From Deltaproteobacteria bacterium (lineage in GTDB: Bacteria > Desulfobacterota > Binatia > UBA12015), in contig JAYGCM010000016.1 in assembly GCA_046583355.1 (NCBI GenBank), positions 1 through 56,765 of the forward strand: a stretch of 56,765 nt of DNA, in the 5' to 3' direction. The notes below the pieces were generated by a model that saw only the letters and a list, made by a program, of their open reading frames with translations, did not search any database and was not told where the DNA came from. Position numbers and translations under genes: made by a program. Shown here piece after piece: positions 21,141-30,901 of this stretch; position 1 is the first letter of the stretch; every line of letters starts with the position of its first letter.

Positions 21141-21545
21141 CTACTCGCTGCGGGCTTCGTCGAGGGACCAGTAGCCGCGCAGATTGGTGAGCTTGCCTTC
21201 GTCGTTCACGCGGTAGGTGAAGATGCCTTGGATATGCATCTTCGCGCCGCCCGGGAATGTCGTGGTCAGGTGCAGGATATGGGCGGACTCGCTGCCTGCG
21301 GCGTAGCTCTGTTCGGCCTCGATCGTGATGCTCTCGGTGAGGCCGATATTGGTGTCCCAGAACTGGTTGATCTCCTCGAGTCCGCAGAAGCCCTCGCCGC
21401 TTGGGTTGGTCGGCGCGACGCCGATGGGATCTTCGATCCGGATCTCGTCGGCCATGAGAGCGAACCACGCCTCACGGTCGCGGTTCATCACAGCTTTCCA
21501 GGAGTTATGGGCCGCGATCATCGCGGGGTGTTGGTTCTTGTCCAT
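21141..21545 (-). CDS. NTF2/SnoaL-fold (ketosteroid isomerase-like) protein
   Basis: W.AL.AD...IEDPIG, G.EEI..FW, TYRVNDEGKLTNLRGYW. Confidence 0.85.
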   Translation of the reverse strand: MDKNQHPAMIAAHNSWKAVMNRDREAWFALMADEIRIEDPIGVAPTNPSGEGFCGLEEINQFWDTNIGLTESITIEAEQSYAAGSESAHILHLTTTFPGGAKMHIQGIFTYRVNDEGKLTNLRGYWSLDEARSE

Positions 21546-21551
21546 TCGAGT

Positions 21552-22943
21552 CTACTCCTCGGGCAGGGCCTGATGGGCGTCGAGCATTTGCGTCATGACA
21601 TCGCGAACCATGCCCTCGATCGTGGGGTCGCCCTTGGGCATGCCGCCGTAGACGGCACCGCTTTTTGCCGGCTTGTCGACATTTTTCTTCGCGTATTGGA
21701 CGCCGTCTTCGAGGTCGGTGGCAAAGCGCTCGACCAGGCCATCCTGGGTCTGCGGCCGGGTGACGCACATATGCAGGGCGTTGGGATGTTGTTGGCCGTT
21801 GAAGCGCCAGCCGCGCGTGCGCATGAAATCGTTCAAGAGGTAGATCTCGAACTCGTCGGAGAGAAACGAGAAACAGAAACTTGGCTTGCCGATGATGCGT
21901 AGTTCTTGGTGCGAGCGGACGATATCCTGCATCGCGTAGGCGGTCTCGAAGATCTTCTTGGCGTGGGCCATATAGCCCTCGCGGCCCAAGCTCACCATGG
22001 AGGACCAGGTGGCCGCCAGGATGCCGCCGGAGCGACTGCCGGCGATGCCCGGCGAGAGATATTTCCCGCCCGACCATTCCTGCTCCATGAAGTAGAGGCC
22101 TTCGCGCAGGTTTTTGTTGCGGAACGAGAGCACGGACGAACCCTTGGTTGCGTAGCCGTATTTATGCGTATCGGCCGAGATCGTGGTGACGCCGGGCAAG
22201 CGGAAATCGAAGACCGGAATATCGTAGCCGAGTGCCTCGCCCCAAGGCAGGATGAAGCCGCCCAGGCAGCCGTCGACATGCAGGCCGATTCCATGCTCGA
22301 CGGCAAGAGCGGAGAGTTCGTCGATCGGGTCGATCGTGCCGTAGCCGTAGTTGCAGGCGGAACCCACCAGGAAGGCGGTCTTGGGGCCGATATTTTTGCG
22401 TACGAAATCGATATCGACCTGCGCGGTCTCGGGGTCGATGGGGGCCGTGATGACGTCCATGCCGAAGAGGTAGGCGCCCTTGCGGAAGGCCACATGCGCA
22501 GTCTCGGGCAGGATCATCTCGGCACGCTCGATGCCCTTCTCGCGCTTGGCCCACTCGCGGTAGGCGAGGATCGCGCTGAGGATGCTCTCGGAGCCGCCCG
22601 AGGTGGTCGAACCGCAGGGGGCGGCGTCCGCGCCCGCATCGCCGGCGTGCAACATATCGAGGGTCATGGCGATGATCTCGCCCTCGAAGCGCGTCGCGCT
22701 CGGGCAGATATCGCGCTGCAGGATATTCACATGCGAGTACATTCCGAAGGCTTCGGTCATGAAGCCATAATGCTCCATATCGCCGCAATACATCGTTCCG
22801 GAGCATTGGCCGGTTTGCCAGAAATTGTCTTCCTCGGTCGCCATCGTGCGCAACTCGGCGAGGATCTCCTCGTTCGCGCGGCCCTTTGCGGGCATGCCGC
22901 GGTTTACCGAAAATCGATCTGCGTAGGGATAATAATTTGCCAT
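21552..22943 (-). CDS. Sphingosine-1-phosphate lyase-like PLP enzyme
   Basis: SGTMY, TSGGSESI, AHVAFRKG, HVDGCLGGF, SADTHKYG, GSRSGG, GAVYG. Start ATG 22943 (MANYYPY) with GGAGAG RBS. Confidence 0.88.
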   Translation of the reverse strand: MANYYPYADRFSVNRGMPAKGRANEEILAELRTMATEEDNFWQTGQCSGTMYCGDMEHYGFMTEAFGMYSHVNILQRDICPSATRFEGEIIAMTLDMLHAGDAGADAAPCGSTTSGGSESILSAILAYREWAKREKGIERAEMILPETAHVAFRKGAYLFGMDVITAPIDPETAQVDIDFVRKNIGPKTAFLVGSACNYGYGTIDPIDELSALAVEHGIGLHVDGCLGGFILPWGEALGYDIPVFDFRLPGVTTISADTHKYGYATKGSSVLSFRNKNLREGLYFMEQEWSGGKYLSPGIAGSRSGGILAATWSSMVSLGREGYMAHAKKIFETAYAMQDIVRSHQELRIIGKPSFCFSFLSDEFEIYLLNDFMRTRGWRFNGQQHPNALHMCVTRPQTQDGLVERFATDLEDGVQYAKKNVDKPAKSGAVYGGMPKGDPTIEGMVRDVMTQMLDAHQALPEE

Positions 22944-22956
22944 TCTTCTCTCCGTT

Positions 22957-24558
22957 TCACTTTTCGAGGTTCTGCAGGGCCTCGAAGATCGGCAGGTTGG
23001 CGTCGTACGCCTTGCGCCAGGCATCGTAGAGGCCGTCGTAGAGTTTCTGTCGGGTCGGATCGGGATCGTGGATCTCGGCGGTAGGGCGGAAGCGGTCGAT
23101 CTCGCTGGCGTCGACCAATCCCAACCGGAAGAAAGCAAGGAAGGCGACGCCGCGCACATTGGCCAGGCCGGGATCGGCGAGTCGGCGTACGGGCCGGTTC
23201 AGTACATCAGCAAGCGTCGCGGCCCAGGTCGCCGAGCGGGCACCGCCGCCGGAGAAGGTGAGATCCGTGACCTCAGAGCCCGAGAAGCGCTCGACGAAGG
23301 GGAACATCCAGCGCAATTGATAGGCGACGCCCTCGAGCAGGGCGCGGGCCATGCGCGCCCGTGTTGTGCCCAGACTCATATTGAGGAAGCCGCCTCGGGT
23401 AGCCGAGTTCGCAAGCGGCGCCATCGTGCCGGTCAGCCAGGGTAGGTAGAGCAGGTGACCGGCTCCGGCCGGCTCGCCGGCGACGGTCTGTTCGAGTGCG
23501 GCAAAAATATCGTCTACGCCGTGCTCGCCGAAGGCGTCGTCGGCGTAGACGAAGTTGCGCAGGAAATGCTCGACCAGACGACCGCCGAGACCGCATTCCC
23601 CCATCGCGAGATACTCGCCGGGGAAGGGGCTCGGCATGCTGACCGTCATGCTCTCGAAATCGGTATCCTTCCTGACTGCGCGGCCCAGTACCTGAATCGT
23701 CGTGCCGATATTCACCCCGCCGAAGCCGGGCCGGAAGGTGCCGGTTGCCACGGTGACGGCCTGGGTATCGTTCAATCCGCTAAAGACCGGCGTGCCGGCC
23801 GCGAGTCCGAGCGTGGCCGCGACCTCGGGCAGTACGACGCCGACCTGTGCGTCGACCGGCACCATCGGCGCGAGCTTGTCGCGCGGGATGCCGGCGATCT
23901 CGAGCAATTCATCGCTCCAGTCGCCGCGGGCAAGGTCCCGGTTGTCGGTCAGGAGGAGGGGGAAGGCGGTGCAGAGGTTGGTCGTGCAGATGTCTGTGAG
24001 GCGCAGGGTGAGAAAGTCGACCGGCTCCAGCAGCGCGTGTGTCTTTTCCCAGACCTCGGGGCGATCTTCCCGAAAATGCAGTGCATGGGAGAGGGAGTCG
24101 TTGCCGAAGGGCACGGCTCCGTGGATCGAGAGCAGCTGCAGGAAGGCATCTTCGTTGTCGGCCAGCAGACGCTCGCTATGCGCAGCACCCAGATTGGAAC
24201 TCCAGAGCTGCATGTTCGCCAGCGCGCGGCCTTCTTGGTCGACCGGGAGCAGCGAGAAGAACTGGCTGGAGGCGAGTAGGGCGACGATATCGTCAGGGCC
24301 CGCCTCGGCCCGCCGCACGACTTCCGCTGCGCCATCCAGAACCGCGCGCCAGATCGCATCGGGATCCTGCTCGCTGCCACCGCCGGGTGGGAGGAGTGTC
24401 TCGATGGGCCGCGTGGTGCCGGCCGCGACCGTGCCATCGAGCCGGACCAGGCCGACTTTCAGGTTGGTCGTGCCGAGGTCGATGGCGAGCACCATCGGCA
24501 GTGTCGCACCGCCCCCGGAGGGGCCGCGCGACACTGGTTCGGTAGGCGTCTCCGGCAT
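22957..24558 (-). CDS. FGGY-family carbohydrate kinase (xylulokinase-like)
   Basis: LAIDLGTTNLK, EQDPDAIW, YLPWLTG, ARALLEGVA, SGGGARS. Confidence 0.9.
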   Translation of the reverse strand: MPETPTEPVSRGPSGGGATLPMVLAIDLGTTNLKVGLVRLDGTVAAGTTRPIETLLPPGGGSEQDPDAIWRAVLDGAAEVVRRAEAGPDDIVALLASSQFFSLLPVDQEGRALANMQLWSSNLGAAHSERLLADNEDAFLQLLSIHGAVPFGNDSLSHALHFREDRPEVWEKTHALLEPVDFLTLRLTDICTTNLCTAFPLLLTDNRDLARGDWSDELLEIAGIPRDKLAPMVPVDAQVGVVLPEVAATLGLAAGTPVFSGLNDTQAVTVATGTFRPGFGGVNIGTTIQVLGRAVRKDTDFESMTVSMPSPFPGEYLAMGECGLGGRLVEHFLRNFVYADDAFGEHGVDDIFAALEQTVAGEPAGAGHLLYLPWLTGTMAPLANSATRGGFLNMSLGTTRARMARALLEGVAYQLRWMFPFVERFSGSEVTDLTFSGGGARSATWAATLADVLNRPVRRLADPGLANVRGVAFLAFFRLGLVDASEIDRFRPTAEIHDPDPTRQKLYDGLYDAWRKAYDANLPIFEALQNLEK

Positions 24559-24587
24559 CCGATGATCTTTCGGTTGGCCGTCTCAGC

Positions 24588-26366
24588 TCAGCTGAGTGCT
24601 GCGGTGAGTTTCTTGCGCGTCTCGACCAGTTCGGCAGGCATGGTGGCGGCAAGCTTCTCGAAGAGTTCGCTTTGCAATTCCAACTCGGCCTTCCAGGCCA
24701 CCGGGTCGATTGCTGTGAGTTCGGCCATCTGCTCGGCCGAAATCCCGGAGCCTTCCAAGTTGATCGCGCCTTCCTCCGGCACGATGCCCAGCGGGGTCTC
24801 GACGCCGCCGACCCGGCCCGCGGCGCGGTCGATGATCCATTTGAGCACGCGCATATTCTCGCCGAAGCCCGGCCAGATGAACTTGCCTTCGCTGTCCTGG
24901 CGGAACCAATTCACCTGGAAGAATTTGGGCGGGTTCTGGATGGATTTTTCCATCGACAGCCAATGCTTGAGGTAATTGCCCATATCGTAGCCACAGAAGG
25001 GCAGCATGGCCATGGGATCACGACGCACGACGCCGACCGCGCCGGTGGCGGCTGCGGTGGTCTCGGAGCCCATGGTCGCGCCGAGATAGACGCCACGCTC
25101 CCAGCTGCCGCTCTCCATCACCAAGGGCACGGTCGTGCTGCGCCGGCCGCCGAAGATGATCGCCGAGATCGGCACACCCTCGGGCGCATCGGCTGCGGGC
25201 GAGAGGACGGGGTTGTTCTGCATCGGTGCGGTGAAACGGCTGTTGGGGTGGGCGGCCTTCTTCTCGTCGCCGCGCTTCCACGGATTGCCCTGCCAATCGG
25301 TGAGTTCCTCGGGGACCTCGCCGTCCATGCCTTCCCACCAGATATCGCCTTCTTTAGTCAAGGCAACATTGGTGAAGAGCGTGTCGCGCGCGACGCTCTT
25401 CAACGCATTCGGGTTGGATTTCATGCTGGTGCCCGGAGCGACGCCGAAGTAGCCGTTCTCGGGGTTGATGGCCCAGAGGCGGCCGTCGTCGCCGACGCGC
25501 ATCCAGGCGATATCGTCGCCGACTGTCCAGATTTTCCAGCCGGCGAATTCTTTGGGCGGGACCATCATCGCAAAATTAGTCTTGCCACAAGCGCTGGGGA
25601 AGGCCGCCGCGACGTAGGTCGTCTCGCCCTCGGGGCTCTCGACGCCGAGGATGAGCATATGCTCGGCGAGCCAGCCTTCCTGGCTGCCCAGGTAGGAACC
25701 GATGCGCAGGGCGAGGCATTTCTTGCCCAGCAGCACATTGCCGCCGTAGCCGGAACCGCAGGACCAGATCGTATTGTCTTCGGGGAAGTGGCAGATGAAG
25801 CGCTTCTCCGGGTCGAGGTCAAGCGTCGAATGCAGGCCGCGGTTGAAGTCGTTGGAGTCGCCGAGAGTTGCCAATGCGGCGCTGCCCATACGCGTCATGA
25901 TGCGCATATTGAGCACGACATAGACCGAGTCGGTGATCTCGATGCCGATCTTCGCCAGCGGCGAGCCGACCGGGCCCATCGAATAGGGAATGACGTACAT
26001 CGTGCGGCCCTGCATCGAGCCGTCAAAGAGCTTGCCGAGCTTCGCGTAAGCCTTTTGCGGATCCATCCAGTTATTGGTCGGGCCGGCGTCTTTTTCGTTC
26101 CTCGAGCAGATGAAAGTGAGGTGCTCTACGCGCGCAACGTCGCGCGGGTCGGAGCGATGCAGATACGAGTTCGGCCGTATCTCCGGGTTGAGCGGAATCA
26201 GGATTTTCTGGTCCACCGCGAGTTGCGTAAGGCGCTCGCGCTCGGCCTCTGAGCCATCGACCCAATAGATCTGGTCGGGCTTGGTCTGCGCGGCCATCTC
26301 CTTCACCCAGGCATCCAGGCGGGAGTTTACGGTGTCGGGGCGGTTCTGCTCTGTGGGTTCGCTCAT
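24588..26366 (-). CDS. pckG: Phosphoenolpyruvate carboxykinase (GTP)
   Basis: [60 protein letters not shown]. Start ATG 26366. Confidence 0.97.
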   Translation of the reverse strand: MSEPTEQNRPDTVNSRLDAWVKEMAAQTKPDQIYWVDGSEAERERLTQLAVDQKILIPLNPEIRPNSYLHRSDPRDVARVEHLTFICSRNEKDAGPTNNWMDPQKAYAKLGKLFDGSMQGRTMYVIPYSMGPVGSPLAKIGIEITDSVYVVLNMRIMTRMGSAALATLGDSNDFNRGLHSTLDLDPEKRFICHFPEDNTIWSCGSGYGGNVLLGKKCLALRIGSYLGSQEGWLAEHMLILGVESPEGETTYVAAAFPSACGKTNFAMMVPPKEFAGWKIWTVGDDIAWMRVGDDGRLWAINPENGYFGVAPGTSMKSNPNALKSVARDTLFTNVALTKEGDIWWEGMDGEVPEELTDWQGNPWKRGDEKKAAHPNSRFTAPMQNNPVLSPAADAPEGVPISAIIFGGRRSTTVPLVMESGSWERGVYLGATMGSETTAAATGAVGVVRRDPMAMLPFCGYDMGNYLKHWLSMEKSIQNPPKFFQVNWFRQDSEGKFIWPGFGENMRVLKWIIDRAAGRVGGVETPLGIVPEEGAINLEGSGISAEQMAELTAIDPVAWKAELELQSELFEKLAATMPAELVETRKKLTAALS

Positions 26367-26556
26367 GGTTCTCAACTTCCTTCCAAGTTCCCATAATGGA
26401 CCGAAGCCCGGGAGAGAGGTAGCGGATATAACCAAACCTCACGCACGGGGCCACCCACTATTAGTGGAACTTGGGCAGATAGTCGGCCGGGTTCGGCACA
26501 GCTGCCCACGCTCGGATGGATTGCGGTCCCTGCCAAGGGTGGGTACCGAGAGGCGG

Positions 26557-27156
26557 ATGCTCCGTCCAGCGATCTGCCTTGTCGTTTCGGTCACCTTCGC
26601 GCTGACTCTGGCCGCTGCCGGCACAGCGGCCGCAAGCGATTCGCGACTGGAATCGGTCTCTCTTCGCTTCGGCGGCGGCCACTCGGAGCGCTCCGATGTG
26701 CAGATCATGCCCTTCATGGTGCACGCGGGCCTTCGCTTTCCCGATTTGGTCGACGAACCACTCCGGCGTGTGAATCTCCATCTGCAATGGATCGTTGAGG
26801 GCTGGGTCGCGCCGCTTTTCGGGCCCGAGACGACATTTGAGATCGGCGTGAATCCGATTGCGTTCCGGCTCGCCTGGGACCGCGGCCAGCCGATCGTGCC
26901 ATTTGCCTCTGCCGGAATCGGTCTCCTCTATACCGGCCTGCGTGATATCGGCTTGGGCGAAGGCTTCCAATTCGACGAGACGGTGGGTTTCGGCGTGGAG
27001 TATTTTGTTGAGGAGAATCTCTCGCTGAGCCTGGCCTACCGCTATCGGCATATGTCGAACGCGGGCATCTATGACGATAACGCCGGGCTCGATACGCATT
27101 ACGCGTTGATCGGCCTCAGCTGGTACCCGAAGCGGGTTGCCGCCGAGCGCTGGTAG
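26557..27156 (+). CDS. Acyloxyacyl hydrolase / PagL-like outer-membrane beta-barrel
   Basis: Signal peptide, alternating beta strands, YRHMSNAGI..DNAGLD catalytic-type motif. Confidence 0.8.
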   Translation: MLRPAICLVVSVTFALTLAAAGTAAASDSRLESVSLRFGGGHSERSDVQIMPFMVHAGLRFPDLVDEPLRRVNLHLQWIVEGWVAPLFGPETTFEIGVNPIAFRLAWDRGQPIVPFASAGIGLLYTGLRDIGLGEGFQFDETVGFGVEYFVEENLSLSLAYRYRHMSNAGIYDDNAGLDTHYALIGLSWYPKRVAAERW

Positions 27157-27171
27157 GCTTTGGTAGAGCGC

Positions 27172-27951
27172 ATGGAAACGATTGATCTCGAAATTTTGGA
27201 CGGCGTGGCCACCATCACGCTGAACCGCCCCGATGCGGGCAACGCGATGAACCTGCAATTCGGCGAGGATATTCTCGCCGTCGCCCGAGCCTGTGAGGCC
27301 GAGGCAAATCTGCGGGTGGTATTGTTGACGGCCAAGGGCCGGCTCTTCTGCGCCGGTGGCGATGTCGGCGCGTTCGCTGCGGCGGCGGAGCCGGCAGCAT
27401 TGATCGGTGAATTGCTTCGGAATCTGCATCCGGCCATCGAAATTTTGCGCGGCCTGGCAGCGCCGATCGTCACGGCGGTAAACGGAACCGCTGCCGGTGC
27501 TGGCATGAGCCTGGCGCTCGCCGGCGATTTGGTGCTGGTGGCCGAGTCGGCGAAGTTCACGGCGGCCTATACCGGTATCGCGCTTTCGCCCGACGGTTCA
27601 ATGACGCATTTCCTGCCCCGTCTGATCGGTCTGCGTCGTGCGCAGGAAATGATGATCACCAATCGGGTCGTGACGGCCGCCGAGGCGCTTGATTGGGGCA
27701 TGATCACGCAGGTCGTTGCGAACGACGAGTTGCTCACGGTGGCGGGCAAGCTGGTCGCGAAGCTGGCCGCCGGGCCGACGGCGGCCTTCGGCTCGGTGAA
27801 GAAATTACTGCATCAGACAGATGAGTGCAGCCTGGCGGAACAACTTGCTGCCGAAGCGACCGAAATCGTCGCCAACGCCGGCCATCCCGATGGGCGCGAA
27901 GGCATCGCTGCCTTCGCTGAAAAACGAAAACCCACCTTCCGGGGCCGTTAA
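27172..27951 (+). CDS. Enoyl-CoA hydratase/isomerase (PaaG-like)
   Basis: TLNRP..GNA, FCAGGD, VNGTAAGAG, LSPDG, EGIAAFAEKRKP. Confidence 0.9.
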   Translation: METIDLEILDGVATITLNRPDAGNAMNLQFGEDILAVARACEAEANLRVVLLTAKGRLFCAGGDVGAFAAAAEPAALIGELLRNLHPAIEILRGLAAPIVTAVNGTAAGAGMSLALAGDLVLVAESAKFTAAYTGIALSPDGSMTHFLPRLIGLRRAQEMMITNRVVTAAEALDWGMITQVVANDELLTVAGKLVAKLAAGPTAAFGSVKKLLHQTDECSLAEQLAAEATEIVANAGHPDGREGIAAFAEKRKPTFRGR

Positions 27952-27957
27952 GAGGCG

Positions 27958-28968
27958 ATGTCCGCGACCTCCTCTACACAGCGAGGCTGGCTCCGTCGGC
28001 CGTTGCTGCATTTTATCGTGGTGGGAATTGCTCTTTTCGCACTCGACCATCTGTGGCTCTCCGCCCCGGGGGAACCGCAAGCGGTTGCCCGCCTCCCCAT
28101 CGTGATCGATATCGCCAAGCTTCGTGAGACACAGAAGGGAGCCTTGGGGCGCGAGCCGACTCCGTCGGAGGAGAAGGGGCTGATCCGCAACGAGATCGAT
28201 ATGGAGTTGCTCTACCGCGACGCCTTGGTGCGCGGTCTCGACCGGGGCGATCGCGCGATCCGTGGCTGGCTGGTGCGCAAGATGCGTTTTGTCTCGGATG
28301 AGCCCGAACGCAGTGATGACGAGCTTTATGCGGAGGCCCTGGCGCTCGGCCTCGACCAGGGCGATACCGTCGTGCGCCGCTCTTTGGTCGAGAAAATGCG
28401 GTTGCTCGCGGGCCTGCTCGCGCCACCTGCCGAGCCGACCGACGAGGAATTACACGCCTATCTACTGGCGCATGAAGATGTCTTCCGCGAGCCGGCGCGT
28501 CTCAGTCTGGAGCATGTCTTCTTGAGCCGCGATCGGCGCGGGGCTGCGCTTGCACAGGACGGCCCCGCTATGCTGGCCGAGCTTTCGCGCGCGGGCGGCG
28601 ACGATTGGCAAGCTCGCGGCGACCCCTTTCCCTTGGGGCGCGCCTTCCGGCTGCGCTCCGAGCGCCAACTTGAGTCGTTTTTCGGTAGCGATTTTGCGCG
28701 TGACGCATTTGCTCTGCGTGTGGGCGCATGGGCGGGTCCGGTAGCTTCGGCCTACGGTACGCACCTCGTGCGGGTGGGCGAGAAGCGCGTGTCGCGCATG
28801 CCACCGCTGGATTCTGTGCGCAACCAACTGCGCCATCGTCTGCTCGCCGAGCGTCGCGAGGCGAGTCTCGGTTTGCTCGTCGAAGACCTGCGCGGGCAAT
28901 ATGAAATTTTCGTTGAGTACCCTGACGAACGCGGTCGAGTGGAGGCGGAAATTGCGCTTGCGGACTGA
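27958..28968 (+). CDS. PpiC/parvulin-type rotamase-domain protein
   Basis: WLRRPLLHF membrane anchor, ELLYRDAL.RGLD duplicated, HVFLS, GPVASAYGTHLV. Confidence 0.8.
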   Translation: MSATSSTQRGWLRRPLLHFIVVGIALFALDHLWLSAPGEPQAVARLPIVIDIAKLRETQKGALGREPTPSEEKGLIRNEIDMELLYRDALVRGLDRGDRAIRGWLVRKMRFVSDEPERSDDELYAEALALGLDQGDTVVRRSLVEKMRLLAGLLAPPAEPTDEELHAYLLAHEDVFREPARLSLEHVFLSRDRRGAALAQDGPAMLAELSRAGGDDWQARGDPFPLGRAFRLRSERQLESFFGSDFARDAFALRVGAWAGPVASAYGTHLVRVGEKRVSRMPPLDSVRNQLRHRLLAERREASLGLLVEDLRGQYEIFVEYPDERGRVEAEIALAD

Positions 28969-29956
28969 AATCTGCCTTGTCTCGGCCGTCATCCTCGCGG
29001 TCTTTTTGTTTTCGGCCCCGGCTGCTGACGCGCATCCGCTGGCGCCATCACTCCTGGAACTCAATGCCGAGGCGTCGGGAGAGGTGGCTGTGCGTTGGAA
29101 GGTGCCCGCTCTGCGGGTCCGTGGATCGGATGTCCATCCCGAATTGCCGGCCGGCTGCCGCGAGATGGCTCCCCCCACCGGACGCAAAGAGGGCGAGGCC
29201 GTGGTTTTGGAATGGCGCGTCGATTGCGGCCCTGACGGCCTGGTGGGCCGTTCGGTTGGCGTTGTCGGGCTGGGGATCGGGTCGAACGATGCCCTGTTGC
29301 GCGTCTCCTTGCCCGATGGCCGGGTTTTTCGTCACGTTTTGCGTAGCGAGGAACCCCGTTGGGTCGTGCCCGAGAGCGGCCGGCCGGACTCCGTGCTCTG
29401 GGGGTATCTGCGCCTGGGCTTCGACCATATCCTGGGAGGCTTGGACCACCTTCTTTTTGTGCTGGGGCTGCTTCTGCTGGCAACCAGCCCGCTCTTGTTG
29501 GTGGAGACCATCACCTCGTTCACCGTCGGCCATAGCGTGACTTTGGCGCTCGCGTCTTTGGGTCTGGCGCAGGTGCCGGTGCGGCCGGTCGAGGTGCTGA
29601 TTGCGATCTCGATTCTGGTGCTCGCGGTCGAACTCGCGCGTGGCCGCGAGGCAAAGCCGACTCTGCTGCGCCGCTTCCCGTGGGGTATGGCCTTTTTCTT
29701 CGGCCTTCTGCACGGGCTCGGCTTTGCCGGCGCGCTTGCCCAGATCGGTCTTCCGCCCGACGATCTGCCGCTGGCGCTTTTCTCGTTCAATCTCGGGATC
29801 GAACTCGGCCAGCTGAGTTTCGTTGCGGTGGTCGTGCTGGCCGGCTTTCTTCTGCGCCCGCTGCTGCGGCGACGGCCGGTTTGGCTCGACCTCGCGCCGG
29901 CCTATGGAATCGGTTGCCTCGCCGCCTATTGGGTATTGGAGCGCCTCTTCGGTTGA
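28901..29956 (+). CDS. HupE/UreJ-family membrane protein (true start probably about 50 nt downstream)
   Basis: ADAHP after a signal peptide, HILGGLDHLLFV, FTVGHSVTL, FGLLHGLGFA, FNLGIELGQ. Confidence 0.88.
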   Translation: MKFSLSTLTNAVEWRRKLRLRTEICLVSAVILAVFLFSAPAADAHPLAPSLLELNAEASGEVAVRWKVPALRVRGSDVHPELPAGCREMAPPTGRKEGEAVVLEWRVDCGPDGLVGRSVGVVGLGIGSNDALLRVSLPDGRVFRHVLRSEEPRWVVPESGRPDSVLWGYLRLGFDHILGGLDHLLFVLGLLLLATSPLLLVETITSFTVGHSVTLALASLGLAQVPVRPVEVLIAISILVLAVELARGREAKPTLLRRFPWGMAFFFGLLHGLGFAGALAQIGLPPDDLPLALFSFNLGIELGQLSFVAVVVLAGFLLRPLLRRRPVWLDLAPAYGIGCLAAYWVLERLFG

Positions 29957-29981
29957 GCGAGCTTGCGGCCCGGTCGCAAAC

Positions 29982-30899
29982 TCAGGGCGCGCTCTTCAAC
30001 AGCTCGGGCATGCGGGCTTCGATCATGCGGCGTAGGCCGTCACGCCAATCGACTTCGGTGGCGCCGATCAACTCGACCATTTTAGTGGTGTCCGGGATGA
30101 TGCTCTCGATGGTTTCGGTGGTGGGTATGAACTTCGCCTCCAGGCCGGTGAGTTCGCCCATATAGCGGCACCATTCTTCAATACTCGTCGTCTCGATTCC
30201 GCCCCAATTGACGATAGTGGCGGGCGTCGCCGCTACCTGGAGAAGGCGGGGCACCATCCGCACGATATCGTCTTCGTGGATCGGGTTGAATGAGCTCGGT
30301 GCGTTCTCATGGACCGGGATGGCCTGGCCCGCCTGCATCATCATGAGGTGGAAGAGAGGCCAGCCGCCCTCGTTGCCGAAGGGGACGTTCAGGCGTGCGA
30401 TGGTGGTCGGCAGCTGCCATTGCTTCGCCGCGAAGCCAGCTACGGCTTCCGCGGCGATTTTGGAGATACTGTAGGTCGGCAGCATTCGGACGTGGCTATC
30501 GCCGAGAAAACCCGTTTCCTTCAACGGCTCGTGCTCGTTGGGTTTGTAGACGCCCGTCGTGGAACAAACGAGAAAGGCCTTGGCGCCGCGGCAGCGCGAC
30601 ATGAGGTGTCCCAGGCCCTCGGCGTTGGTACGCAGGTCGGCGGCGAAATCTGGAGATTTCGCAACGGCAAAGTGCATGACATAGTCGATATCTTCGGGGA
30701 TGGCGTCGACCTCGCCGCTGGCAAGGTCGATCTTCACGCATTCGACGCCAAGGTCTTCGAGGCGCTTGCGGTCGGCAGGGTTGGAGAAGCGCGCCGCACC
30801 GATTACATGGTTGTCCTTGGCCAATGCCCGGGCGACCGGCAAGCCGACCTGGCTTGCCGGTCCCGTGATGGCGATCTTGGCATTTTTGATCTGTGACAT
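29982..30899 (-). CDS. NAD-dependent epimerase/dehydratase (extended SDR)
   Basis: ITGPASQVG, STTGVY, YSISK. Start ATG 30899. Confidence 0.88.
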   Translation of the reverse strand: MSQIKNAKIAITGPASQVGLPVARALAKDNHVIGAARFSNPADRKRLEDLGVECVKIDLASGEVDAIPEDIDYVMHFAVAKSPDFAADLRTNAEGLGHLMSRCRGAKAFLVCSTTGVYKPNEHEPLKETGFLGDSHVRMLPTYSISKIAAEAVAGFAAKQWQLPTTIARLNVPFGNEGGWPLFHLMMMQAGQAIPVHENAPSSFNPIHEDDIVRMVPRLLQVAATPATIVNWGGIETTSIEEWCRYMGELTGLEAKFIPTTETIESIIPDTTKMVELIGATEVDWRDGLRRMIEARMPELLKSAP

Positions 30900-30901
30900 T
30901 T

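Noticed and set aside
24672..26252. 526-aa plus-strand ORF opposite pckG, and similar long shadows (37037-38347, 21906-23084, 40451-41812)
   Set aside because: Antisense to well-supported conserved genes.
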